A program made the translations under genes and the position numbers. A stretch of 62,830 nt of DNA, from assembly GCF_001194135.2 (NCBI RefSeq), contig NC_068982.1, positions 31,196,734 to 31,259,563 of the forward strand. The letters are read 5' to 3'. The notes under the pieces are model-generated. The model made no database searches. It worked only from the letters and a program-made list of their open reading frames with translations, and was not told the DNA's origin. The stretch's first letter is position 1, and every line of letters starts with the position of its first letter. Shown in pieces: positions 1 to 12,830 of this stretch. This DNA comes from Octopus bimaculoides. Lineage: Eukaryota.

Positions 1-42
<42 letters not shown>
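1..42. repeat. (TA)n microsatellite
   Basis: Perfect TA run at the window start. Confidence 0.98.
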
Positions 43-44
<2 letters not shown>

Positions 45-845
45 GCTTATGTACCCGACAGGCACGGTACATAATCTATATTTTATAGTCCTTTTGCAGA
101 CCTCGAAGGACCTACTACCATTGATAAATAAGTATAATAATACTCTCACTCAATAAATGTTCTATAAATAGAATATTTAAATATTTCAAGCTCTAAATAG
201 AGGCGTCAGTTTAATCAATTGAACCTTTCGTTTTGAGCAAAAGTTTCAAAAACTTAGTGAATCATTGTCACATCGCATTTCTTCGAGCAAGTGCAGTAGT
301 CATACCACACAGGATATTCTTAGTTTGGGAAGTAAATGCTGAAACTATAAAGATACTGTTTTGTTTCCTGAAGTGAAAGATGAAACAAAACCAAATTAGC
401 TTCGTTCCTATTGTCGTATAAGTAGAGGAGAACAAATCTTGTTGGAAATATTTCACAAGAAGACAACACTTCAATTTTAAAGCTAAAATCGTCATTAAAT
501 GGAAATCAAGAAAATTATTACTTCGTGCTATAAATTATCAATTGATTGATCAATGAAATAAGAACACAGAAAATATTAGGATAATCAAAATGCAAAATGC
601 CTCCTGACGAATGAATGGAGACCATTGTTATCCCTTTTATAAACTGCAAATTAATTGATGAAACTTCACTATCAAATGTTGCTTAGAAGATATGACAAGA
701 ATTCAAAAATTAAAAACAAAGAAACACAAAAAATTCAACAACTTCCGCAACTCTTTAGCAATAAAAGATTTATTTCCCGTTTAGCTTTGATTTTTCACTT
801 TATGATTGCATAATCTTGTATTCATTTAACGTAGTGACACAATAT

Positions 846-846
846 T

Positions 847-877
<31 letters not shown>

Positions 878-887
878 NNNNNNNNNN

Positions 888-941
<54 letters not shown>
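846..941. repeat. Compound (TA)/(TG)/(CA)/(TA) microsatellite spanning a 10-N gap (878-887)
   Basis: Directly visible. Confidence 0.95.
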
Positions 942-945
<4 letters not shown>

Positions 946-2147
946 ATTTAATGAAAGCTATATTATGATAAGGACTTCAACTATTTTAATCAATATATAT
1001 AATTTATTCGCGTTTAACATGTTTTGTTATTTTATCAACTATAGATGTTATCTCAAATGCAAAATATAAAAATATATGAGCTCGCACACAAACATAAATT
1101 TGCCTAGATGCACCTCCGTACGCACAGAGACACATAACACACATATACATATTTAAGTATACGACTGACATATCTAACATCCATAAATATTATTTAATAA
1201 CTTACAGATGTCTTACATTAAGCATATATTTATTATTATTTGATAAATAGAAGTTAATGCTAAAGTGATCGTGTGTATATCCGGTCAAGGAAACTTAAGT
1301 ATGCACTGATCAATAATTCACGAGTGTTTCCTGGCATAAAATTTTATCTTTCGTTATTAATTTTTCATTCAATCAACGAAATATATGAATAAGCAAATAT
1401 GCAAGAGATTTTTAAAAAGATTTTAGAAAAGGCTATGTATTTATATGCATATGTACACAAATAAATAAACATACGTAAGCATACAAATGATATATGCATC
1501 ACGATAAATGCCATTGCGTACGTGTCTTTTTTTTCTGTTTGAGCATATATGCGTGTGTATATTATGCGTGCAGTATATGAGCACATAAACTGAAATAAGT
1601 ACAAAAATAAATATATAAAATAAATGGCATGCACACCTTTAATCAATAAGCTTTATTTCAATCAGAATAGAAGTCTAAAGATTCATTGAACAATAAAAAT
1701 TGTTAGAATTTCGGTTAGTTTTGTCAATAAATTACTAGAGGTCAGATTTGTTGGTTTGAGTTGAATGATTTACTGTCAAAATCGAGTCTAATCTCGTACT
1801 TTAGGATATTACAGATTTCATAGGAAGACATCTTTAATAATTAATGAAAAGACATATTTGTCTATTTTATTAATATTATGACAAATTTTCTTACAAATCA
1901 AGTTGAGATTTGTTCAGCGACAACTTGTGTGATATTTCTAAAAGACTCCTGTCTATAGCATAAATAGTTTGGGGCTTTATGTAAAATATTCTTCCGTATC
2001 TCATGTCCTGCTTTTGGCCATTAATAGATTGTCTTATTTTCGTTTTTTTCTATTGTCGATTATTTCACTTCTTCTCCCTCTCTCTTTTTTCTTTGTCTTA
2101 TCGTTATCTCACTTATTTCTTCATTCATATTTTTGCTCTATTATTTC

Positions 2148-2481
<334 letters not shown>

Positions 2482-2554
2482 ACAGAAAAGTATGTGTTTA
2501 CACTATTTGCACACACATATGTATGTGTGTATGTATGTATGTAGGTATATGTGT

Positions 2555-2712
2555 ACTTACTCTACTGGTGTCTTTTACCCGAACCACTAATTTACGGGGA
2601 CACACCGACACCGGTTGTCAAGCGGTTATGGGAGGACGACCTCACACTCACATACACACACGCGCGCACGCACGCACACAAACAAACACACACGCATATA
2701 TATCTATACATA
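2555..2712 (-). mobile_element. SINE family B internal fragment with CA/TA repeat
   Basis: CGAACCACTAATTTACGGGGAC..ACACCGGTTGTCAAGCGG is the reverse complement of the body of the copy at 40807-41101. Confidence 0.75.
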
Positions 2713-2959
2713 TATAAAACACAGTTTGTTTGTCTGTCTTTGTGTTTGTCAAGTCGTTTAAACTCGAGATCCACCAAACTTATTTTAATGAAATTTTCAC
2801 CTTTCACCATTAGATTGCAAATTTACCAGGAATAGTCCTCAGCTTAAAATATTTAAAAAAAAAAACTTGCGTGCGTTTGGACAAATATCGATAAAATCGA
2901 TAAATTCTACTTTTTGCAAAAATGAAGGTAAAAGTTGCATGCGCGAAAGCTTTTTATAG

Positions 2960-3340
2960 GAGTAACCGATTTTCTTCAAGCGTTTCGCAAAACTTTGTCA
3001 TGCTGCGAAGTTTATGCAGAGTGGTTAAACTTTCTCGAAACACGGCACCATTGCACGAAAAACTTGAAAAACTGAAAAAAAAATCGATCTTTCCTTAAAA
3101 CTCGAAAATTGAACTCTTAATAACTTCTAAAATCTGCAACCGATTTTGTTCAAATTTGCTGCCAAAATTTGTCACGCTACGAAAATTATGCAAAGTGGTT
3201 TGATTTTTTCGACGGCAGCCGTGTTGCACGGAAACTGTGAAAAGCAGTTAAAAAGTGTATTTTTTGTTGAACTTGCAAATTTAACCTTTAATAATTTCTG
3301 TTCGCTACAACCGATTTACTTCAAATTTGCTAGGAACATT
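2960..3340. repeat. Degenerate ~173-bp tandem repeat (about 2.2 units)
   Basis: AACCGATTT..TTCAA anchors at 2964, 3138 and 3309 (spacing 174 and 171); TTATGCA[GA]AGTGGTT at 3012 and 3186; TTGCACG[AG]AA at 3051 and 3224. Confidence 0.8.
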
Positions 3341-4517
3341 AATTGTGCTCAACATATTAGTTTCAACTATTTTTTTCTCAAGGTCCTTTGTACTTACGGT
3401 GAAAACCCGCGAATGATTGAGCTGAAAATCGTTGTTTAGTCAATAATTTGTGCCTTTTGCTACTCATTTGCTCCAGATTGCACATCAACATCAATTCTGA
3501 AACAAGAACTGTTTGAAGCAAAACATTTCCGCTTTAAATGGGGAATATCCGCAACTAAATGCGACGAAAACCATTTTTTAGCCGAAACTTCTTCAATTCC
3601 TAACAGAATTTCTTAAAAGTTTGTATGAACACATTTAATTCAAAACGCCCTAAATAAGTAGTTTAAACTGGTTTTTGGCCTACACTTTCTAGTGATTATA
3701 GTCATTTTCCACCAGATTCAGTTAAACATTCCCACTTATTTCAATATTTTCACGCTTTTACTTAAAAATCCTGTTTTTACTGAAACACATCGTTTTTTAA
3801 GCAATCCATGGCAAACTACACGTGTGAAATATAGTTAATAATATTATTTTAAAGATAGCTCGAGAAATTTCTTCATCTTATTTAACTGGATCCAGTGTTT
3901 TTTCAATGCAATTAAAACACACGTGCATTTTCAGGGTTTAATCTAATCTGTATTCACTATCGATTTTTTTGCATACAAGTTGTGTTCGGAAAATCAATAC
4001 CTAGTAGTTTATGAAAGCATACACGCAATATGAATCAACAAAACCTGAAGCTCAGTTGCAGAAATCGCACCTTGGTAATCATTTGATATTGCATTCTTTT
4101 TTTTTATTTTAATCGGCCTTTAACTTCTGCAAATAAATTCCGGCATCAGTAACCAAACTTACAGCCATGTTTGAATAGCCCAAACTTATACGTCTTATCC
4201 TATTTACCTTCCATTTCAGTTTTTTACGTAAACATTATTTGCAATCATTATAAACATTTTTGCTTTGGCCTATAAGTAGTATTTATAGACAAGCTTGCCA
4301 CGCACTTAAACCATAATTTAATTGCATAGCCCTTTTACCATTAATATCATTTGTAATTATCGTCAAAAGAATCTCACTTAAACAAACCAATATACTAATT
4401 ACTACAGTAGCCATATTTCGGGCCCCATGTAATGCTGGAATGCATAAGGCGTAAAAATTTGTCACCACTGGCGTATAGGTTTACTGTTTAAATTTTTTTG
4501 TCGATCCAAAGATAACC

Positions 4518-5812
4518 ATGCCTAGACAATCTCATTTTCAATCGGGCGCAACACTGCGCGAGTTTCTAAAGTGAAAAACAGGTAAACTAATGAAACGCCA
4601 TAAAAAAAAAACTAATAGTAGGTTAACATAAAATGCTTTGAGAAGAGCTATTTCAAGAATAATGGCTACCGACAAACATCGTTTGATACGTCAAAAAATA
4701 ACTGCTGCAGGAGCTGCTGCTGCTGCCGCTCGAGCAGTAGAGACTGACGGACAACGTACAGTCCGTCGGATGCGAAATGCTGCAGCGACTGCTACTGCTC
4801 GAGCAGCAGAGACTCAAGGACAACGTTTTTGGCGTCAGAGCGCTGATACTGCAGTAACTGCTGCTGCTAGAGCTGCAGAAACCCCAACTGATCGAGATAA
4901 CCGTCTTGAGGGTAATATAATTCACAGAATTACTAGGCAGGGTGCTTCAAGGATATGTTCTTCACGATGGTCGTATGAGTCGTTCAACTATGATCCACAT
5001 TGTAATATGCTGTTTTGACTGACATATTAATTGGTAGTACGTCCGTAATTTGCCATTACTGCTCCGCCTAAAAGTGGCCAGGAGAAAGTCCCGGAATGTG
5101 TCGCTCTAATGGAAAGGTTAAATTACCTATCCTCAAGGATGTCGAAGCTTCTTCTATTAGGTTCATTATCAGATTCAAAACATTACTTCAACAATATTGG
5201 AAAGTACAATTGCACGTTCCAAATGGCATCTTTCGGGGCAAACATTGTCAATGATGGTGGTTTTATGCCTACTTGTAAAGTACAAGGACAAGTTTACCAT
5301 AGGATTGGACCGCCCTGGTCATCTGATAATGAGAAACTTCAATTTCTTCAACTTTAGTTTATTGGTGACTATCACGAACAAGCAGGAAGACGAAACTCAA
5401 TTTCATTCAGAACCTGAGAGGAGCTTATACTTCAGCTTCAGGATATGCTGCACGCAAAAAACAGCTACGTTCAGTGTTTCAAATATACCTTAGAAGCATC
5501 GACCTCACCATTATTTCAATGTCATACTCAATGCTGACCAACGGCCGACCAGAGAGCATGCTGTGTGCTACAACGCACCTTCTTGTAATGAGGTCGCCAT
5601 AGTTCTTCATGGTGAAGAGCATAACAAACGAGACATTGTTCTCAAGCGTTGTGATAACACTCTCCAAAGAATTTGTGAAACACACAGATCATATGATGCT
5701 TTGAAGCACCCACTGCTCTTCGTGAATGGTAAGGATGGATACCATTTCGGCATTCCGCAGTATAATACCAACAATTCCGACGAACAAACAACCATCAAGA
5801 CAGTTTCTTGCA
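4518..5812 (+). pseudogene. Helitron Rep/helicase N-terminal portion, disrupted by frameshifts and stops
   Basis: Conceptual translation across frames gives MPR..IGRNTARVSK, repeated ARA[VA]ET..QR units, YNCTFQMASFGA..GFMPTCKVQGQVYHRIG, LQFLQ, YNAPSCNEVAIV..RDIVL and HRSYDALKHPLLFVNGKDGYH, which are typical Helitron N-terminal motifs. It stops at KTVSC, before the Rep and helicase cores. Confidence 0.88.
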
Positions 5813-6071
5813 CGGCCATTATTATTTCCTTCGTTACAGACGATTATCTTGATATTTGAAATATCGCCAATTCAAAGTGGAGATAACCGCTTCAGATTAA
5901 CATGTGTAACGAAAAATGATTATGTACAATTGACGCCAGATCCATACACCGTAGTAGGTGCTGTAGAATCTGGTAACATCGTCAGCATCGAAATGATGTG
6001 GGTGGTCGTTGTGGACATCGACATCTTCGTCGTCAACCACAATATCCAAACATCCATGTCGTTATTCTTTT

Positions 6072-6102
<31 letters not shown>

Positions 6103-6135
6103 AGCATCATCATCATCGAAGTTGTCATCATCATT
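6072..6135. repeat. (CAT)n/(CAG)n trinucleotide repeat
   Basis: Directly visible. Confidence 0.9.
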
Positions 6136-7139
6136 GAAATCATGAATTTTATTTTAGAATTTAAAGAGAAAACAAAGACAATACGCAGTTGAAGTCTATC
6201 TAAACTCATAACAAGGGAGGTTATTGGTGTATGTCAATTGATGTAACATAACTTCAATAAACAGTATGTCGCTTTTCTTTAATTTTAGTGCAGTTGGTCT
6301 TTGACTTTTTGTGAGATATTCATTCATACGTTGGCATATTTAATTTTTATGCTTTTAAGTGCCATACCCCATGCTTATGTGTGCCATGTCACCGAGCATC
6401 TAATGCTTAATTATTCGTGTAGAGTAATGTGACAGGTTTTGTTAATGATCTGCTAGAAATTTTGCAGATCCATATTTATAATGAATTTATGGAAAATTGT
6501 AATTTTTACTGGAAAAAATTCAACACAATGTTTAGTAAAGCGCTGGGATAGTAAAACCCGTAACCCACGATGAAATAAACCTAGTTAATAGCAAAGAGTG
6601 GAATTGGGGAAATACACTGTGCACCTTTTATAACTTCAGATTGTTACTTGTAATATAGTATTCATAGAATATCAAGATGCATAGTGATGCAAAGAGCAAG
6701 AAAGAGAGGATACGGAGGAAGTAGATAAAGAGATAGAGAGATAGGAAGAGAAGTAGAAGAAGAGAAAAGGAGAGAGAAATAATTGCTGGGTGTGATATCT
6801 TTTGGTTTGGTTGTACAATGTACCTGCTAAATCATTCTAAATATTGGTCATAACGTTAATGGGTTTTGCTGAAAGTTACAAAATTGCTAGGAGGAAATAT
6901 CTGGGATAAAAGATGAGAAATTGTAAAACAGAAATATTTATGAAATAAAGTTTTGTCATATTTCAATTATCGTATGTTTTCTAGGTTCTTGTCCCATAAA
7001 CATTATGAAAGATTGTCACTCATTCGTATATTTCGACGCTGGAAACACGTGTACGAAAGTTTAAGATGCTGTGATTGGTAATATTGTCAGCGTAGAAGTG
7101 TGTATGATTAGATTTGAACAACCACAATTTCATTAATGT

Positions 7140-7800
7140 AGAGAAAGAAATTGAATAATGAAAATACGCCTGAATTAAAAGAATGGTGACCGAAAAATGG
7201 ATATCAGCTCATGTTACAATGGAATCGTAAGGCTAAACTCAAGAATTTAAAGGTAAGCGAAGATGACGTTCATAACATTGGATATAAGTTTTACTTTATT
7301 GGAAGGGTTAGTGAGTTTACACTTTCTGAAAAAGGTATCAAATTTGAGTTAGGAATCTATACAGAAAGTTGAATGGCCTGGACAAGGTGAGATTCTACTC
7401 AATAATACTACACGGAAGGAGAGGAGATAAATTTAATATAAATCTATCGTTTTCGAGCTGAAGAGATTGTATAAGTTTGCAATCGCGCAACATACATATA
7501 TGATGATAAAGCAACCAATCTCAAATGCATAGATATAAGAAGTGTAACTATTTGTGAGCAGACAATGGAATTAAAACTGCAGAAGAAATTATGAGTGCAA
7601 TTAAACTTCCACCACAAAATTCAAGACGGACGAAAGAAAGCCACGAATTTGGCTCAAAGCTTTTTCAAATCTAAACACAAGCATATTTACTTCTCATATT
7701 ACACGGTTAACATTAAAAAAATTCTCCGACTTTTAAAGCAGTTATATATTGTATTGCTGATGGTGAGTTACACAAATTACACTAGGAGGTGATTGTGCTA
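7140..7800 (+). pseudogene. Possible highly decayed LINE apurinic-endonuclease region
   Basis: One frame is stop-poor and reads ..HNIGYKFYFIGR..SEKGIKF.. and later KATNLAQSFFKSKHKH, loosely resembling GYxFxxSGR..GVGF and NLxIxNTFFKxK in RTE/L2 endonucleases. The similarity is weak. Confidence 0.35.
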
Positions 7801-10799
7801 GAAATTGTATGCAATGGCATTCATTATTGTTCAACGTGCTTGCATAAATAGCACTTGCGGGCTTTGGCGTTCAAGAATTTGGCTGTGTTAAAAGTAACTA
7901 TCCAAAATCTTTAGTTTTCCACTAAGGTTACTTTAAGGGCGTAGATATGACTAATTAATAGGCTTGACTTCTTGTGGTTTCACAAGCAGGTGTTGTTCAA
8001 GGAACTAATGTGAGACACATTATACCATAATCTTTTAATGTTCACCGGAATAAATATTTTGAAGACAGAGAAATGGTTGGTGACAGTTATTAAAAAAAAA
8101 AATCTCAAAGGTGACTTTAAATGCAATATACAGTGAGTTATAATTGCTAATTAGTGCACTCAGTTTTCGGTGAAAAATGTTTCGATACCTTTGCCATCGG
8201 CATTCGTTTAGGCCATATGTGTAAAGTAAGGAGAGATGTATTCCGCTGAGAATAAGTCATCTATATCGGATTACATCATGTAATTTTATAACAGATTGTT
8301 GATCACGTTGCAACCTACAGCTATGGATTATACCTTGAGAACCTAAAAATGTGTAAAAGTTATAATGGAAGTGTCTAAAACAAAAGGAAATAGAGAAAGA
8401 GAGGGTATGAGTACAAGAAACGAAAAATGTAATATTAATAACTTATAATTGCAGCTGAAAATATTTAGAATAAAGTGTAATTTTTTAATCTTTTCGGCAC
8501 TATAGAATTCTCTTGAGAAGAGATAAATAAATAAAAAAATAAATAACCAAGCAAATAAATGTATATTTCTGTCTCTTACTAAAGTAGCTGTTTGTTATTT
8601 AAAGTTTTGTTCTGGGTCTAATTAAAGATATTTTGTAATCATCTGAGTGACATATTTCGTAATTTAAGAAATATTTATTTAGTTTACTACTCTAACATTT
8701 TCAGAAATGTCAACTATAAATTATATTTCCTTATCATTAGAGGGCCAATAATAATTTTCCAACAACTCGAAAGGATTTATTTTTATATGATATATTTTAA
8801 CTTAATATTTCTAGCACATTCTCTCTATCACACGCGCGCGCACGCACACACACACACATGTATTTATGTGAATTTATTTGTGCATGTGTGTCTACGATTG
8901 TGTTATTGAGAGGAGCCAAAGATATATATATATAATTTTGTAATAATGTATGACACCCGTAATTGATGAAAATATTTGTTAGGTATCACACTGCTATCTG
9001 ACATTTGACAAATGAGCCTATAAAACGAGAAAATTCTATGAAAGGAAGAAATAGCAATAACAACACACATACGAAATAGGTTGAAAGCATTTTATAGCGA
9101 TTTATCCATTATTACTTTAATCATAATTATTGTTTCATATTTGAAGAGTTACATCTAAAAGAAGTATATGTCCTTACTTCTACCAGCTACAAAGTTGTAT
9201 AATGATATTTAAATATTAATATCTAATTTGAAAATCTCGAAATAATCACAGTGATAAGATGCTTTGTTATTAATGCTACAATGTTAAGTAATCACATTAT
9301 TCATAATCTCCGGTAACTTATGACAGAATACGCACTTTGCATGAAATACTGGTACTTGTATGTTATCAGGCTATTGCTTCATTGCTATGTTTTCTAGGAT
9401 GCATGAATATTTTTTTAGTTAAACGCTGTATGTAACAGACATCTATAAAAACTGATTTTAAACACTGGTCATTAAAGAAAATATGTTCATAAATAGAAAA
9501 GCGGGATTAGTCAATCTAGTTTCAATCCTGTGCTGGGACATCGTCACGAATTGTTTACATTCTTTTACTGCCCATAGAAATACGACAAACAATCCGCTAT
9601 TGCTAACAATTTAAGTGAATGAGATTAGTTATTTGCAAAATTTACATATTTGTGGTTACTAATTAATCAATTAACAAATTAGGAGTTCATTAACGTTATT
9701 TTAGCTTTCATACCGTGTGTACAAAACTGCAGCTTATCTCTTTCTTCTTGTCAATGAAGATAGTGTAAATAAAGCCAGGATGTCTATAATACATCTGTGA
9801 ATTATATATCATCTCGGCTAAAATTCATCGATTATAGTACTATAAAGAAAATTGAAAATATAAAAACAACACACGAGCTAAAAGTAGCTAGAATGGTGCG
9901 TCAAATCTGCAAGTAGGCTTATCTGATTTGTCTACATTTTCTCTAATAATTCATTTAAAAACAGTGTCTCAACGAGTATTCAGTCGCTGATGAAATCTCG
10001 ACACAAGATTTATACAAGTCTGGCTGATGTAAAATTTTCTGTTTGCGAAGAAACTGTATATAAAAGCCCTATTGCATGTAGTGTTGGTTAAAATCTATAG
10101 CTACATTCTAGACTACATATAGTTTGTTACATTAGATATTGTAATTATGGTATACATTTAATGGAGTTTCAAAACATGAAGCACCAGTATTTGTTAGGCT
10201 TGATCTAAATGTCTGACTATATTCCTTTTTCACATAAAGTCTTACGTAAAACTACTTCCTCGAAGCGTTAGCGAAATAGAAATAGAAAACATATTAAAAA
10301 GATTCAATACTTTTGTGGTCGAGCCTTGCAGCGCTTGAAATGTCTTAATTTTGTCTGTATCTGTGCTGTTTTGGTGACATTGCATAAAAATTGGACAGTA
10401 ATATTATTCTCGTTTCAAATACAAGACTCAGCTTGGAATTTGTTACAAATTATTTTTGTAGATTCCGCCTAGAATGTATCTACGTTTATGAGATAAGGCC
10501 GGTGATGATTGATATTCTCAACTTGTTTGTTGTTTTTCCTGTTCTTCTTTAACCGCATGTCAGCCCTGATTGACAAGATATAATACGGCAGATACTTTTC
10601 ATGCAAATATCAGTTTGGAAATATTATTCAGTGTATACAATTATTCAAAATCAAGACTGTAGGGTATTGTTTGTTGGATATGTAGCTTCTATTACTAGGA
10701 GGTCAGGAACTTTGTAAATGCATTCTAGTTGACGTCATCCTACGTTACAGTGACATGTGCGATTGTTCTGTTAAAATTTAAACGAAAGGGAAAAAGAGT

Positions 10800-11293
10800 C
10801 CTCTTCAAAGAGCAGTAGTCGAAGTGCGTTTCAACATGCTGTCTCAGAAATTTCTTCCCTCTTAAACAGATTCGCCAATTCTTGTGTGATTTCGACAATA
10901 AGATCAACGCTTCCTCAATTAGGAGGTGAAAGTTTCAATAATAGAAATACGATATGACTTGCGGTTCAGTGCGAAAGCAGTGGTAAGTAAAGCGTACCAT
11001 GTTTTAAGTAGAAATAGTAGAGATAGGTGGTTTGCATCCATGAATATATTCGATTTTCTCCTTATGCCATAAGATTATTTGGGCCCTTATGCGAAGTGTC
11101 ATGTGTGTAACATCGAGGTGATATTGAAGTTCCTTCTTCATTGTCAAAGTTTCGGCTCTATAAAGAATGATGTCTACACACAGCCTAAAGAAGGCCAGCC
11201 ACTTTCACTTTGAAAGTTTTGACTACCAGAGATTGTGAAAATTGTTATAGACATTGCAAGCTTAATCCATTCGTCCCGCGAAGTGTTTCTTGA
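10800..11293 (-). mobile_element. RTE-clade LINE, 3' part of RT ORF, decayed (left of the MULE insertion)
   Basis: Minus translation ACNVYNNFHNLW..LAFFRLCVDIILYRAETLTMKKELQYHLD..PPISTI..RFTYHCFR matches RTE post-RT motifs (LLYGAETWT, RFAGHCFR). Confidence 0.8.
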
Positions 11294-12346
11294 GGTTCTA
11301 GGTCAACTTCTTGACGAGTAATTGTCCGACGGATATTTGCTCGATGGACAACTGTCTGATGCCCGACGGACAACTGTCTGATAGATATCTGCCCGATAGA
11401 GACAACTCCCCGATAGATATCTACCCGACAGACACTTTCACTTCATCTGTATCTGTCATTCAGTTCACTTTATCTGTCATTTGGGAGAATCTTCGATCAA
11501 TTACAAGAAAGTTTGTGCCATGAAGCAGATCAGGTCATTGATTACTTTGAAGGAGCTTACATCGGTAGAATACGACGGCGTAACAGAGGCAACCCACACT
11601 TTTCTATTTGTATGTGGAACGTATATGACCGCATATACTATGATTTACCACGAACAATTAAACATTTTGGATGTATGGCATAACCATTTACAAGCGAATA
11701 TAAGGTCAAGTCACACAAATATATCGCGTTTTCTTCAGGCATTGAAGACGAAACAAGCACTTAACGACACGATCACCAACCAAATGCTGACAAGACATCA
11801 GCCTTCACCCAAAAAGGAAAGAAAATATCAAGATTCAATGAAAAGAATTGCAAATATTGTGGAGGATTATGTAAATCGAGAAGTGATGGATTTCTTTAGA
11901 GAAATAGCTCATAACTGAGAGTTTTAGTTATTTTTACTATTTTCCAAATTACATTATCGTTCGTGACATTGTGAAATTATCTGTAAATTATATTGTTTTT
12001 ATAAAATTCAATGTATTTTCTTCGTTTTTGTTGCTAAAGTTCTACCTCTATTGCTACAAATAAAACATAAATTTTATATTTTGTACTTTTATTTAACCGT
12101 TGAAAAAATTTATTAGTTTTTTCTTTATCTTACGCTTTGACAACTAAAGGGAACTATTATAATTTTGGCTTAGTTAATTTTAGTATTTATATATTTTAGT
12201 TTCAATTTACTTCAAAATTATCGGGCAATTGTTATTCTGGCAGTTGTATTCTGTCGCGCATTTCTCTATCTGGCAGTTGACAGTTGGGCAATTGTCCATC
12301 GGGCCGTCAGGCACTTGAACATCTGTCGGGGAGTTGTCCGGATACC
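11294..12346 (+). mobile_element. Mutator-like (MULE) DNA transposon, internally deleted, with subrepeat-containing TIRs and a 9-bp TSD
   Basis: Left end GGTTCTAGGTCAACTTCTTG versus reverse-complemented right end GGTATCCGGACAACTCCCCG (12/20 ungapped). Both arms contain GACAACT..CCGA[TC]AGA subrepeats in inverted orientation. Flanks are GTTTCTTGA (11285-11293) and GTTTCTTAA (12347-12355). Confidence 0.85.
11600..11918 (+). pseudogene. MULE transposase C-terminal fragment
   Basis: WHNHLQANIRSSHTNISRFLQALKTKQ..KKERKY..RIANIVEDY..FFREIAHN* matches the typical WHN..HPNIWKFI..LK..KKY..YLR.IAHN end of MULE transposases. The catalytic DDE region is absent. Confidence 0.8.
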
Positions 12347-12720
12347 GTTTCTTAATACCAAGAACATATGAGCTCCTTGTGCTGTGCACCATCCTTATAG
12401 AAAAGTAATAGACACTTTCAATTCCCATTGATGGTCAGGTAGGCAGCCTACTTTACTCTGACGGACAAGAAGAACTTGATTACAGTATTCGCAAAAGATA
12501 TTACCAAGTCTTCCCGCTCACAAGTTGCTCGGCTATGAGAATAAGGTTATCAACTTAGTGAAGGTCAGAAAGATACAAACTCTACTAGGGATTTAAATGT
12601 TTCATCTTGATGGTGAGACATTTGACTTGCACGTAGTATAAACTTTGCCTAGGTCAACAACCTAGAAGCAGATGTAATACTTATTTCTATTAGAGGCACA
12701 AGACCTGAAATTGTATGTGA
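12347..12720 (-). mobile_element. RTE-clade LINE RT fragment, decayed (right of the MULE insertion)
   Basis: Degenerate FADD-region peptide DLH*VDNLILIAEQL; rejoins the 10800-11293 fragment across the TSD (VLGIKK-HFAGRMD*ACNV). Confidence 0.6.
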
Positions 12721-12744
12721 GTGGTAAATCTATTATATTGACTT

Positions 12745-12830
12745 CAATATTTGGATGTAAGGCAAATCGACCTCAGCGGAATTTGAACTCAGAACGTAGA
12801 ACAGACGAAATACTCCTAAACATTAACTGA
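12745..12830 (-). mobile_element. SINE family A fragment
   Basis: GGCAAATCGACCTCAGCGGAATTTGAACTCAGAACGTA is the reverse complement of the family A B-box region. Confidence 0.8.

Noticed and set aside
6985-7077. Acceptor/donor-bounded candidate exon FLSHKHYERL..
   Set aside because: Unrecognisable peptide, weak donor, and adjacent to probable LINE debris.
8170-8215. Minus-strand ATGCC/GGTAT stem followed by CGAAAC as a hammerhead remnant
   Set aside because: The core (CTAAACGA) does not fit CUGANGA, and there are no supporting helices.
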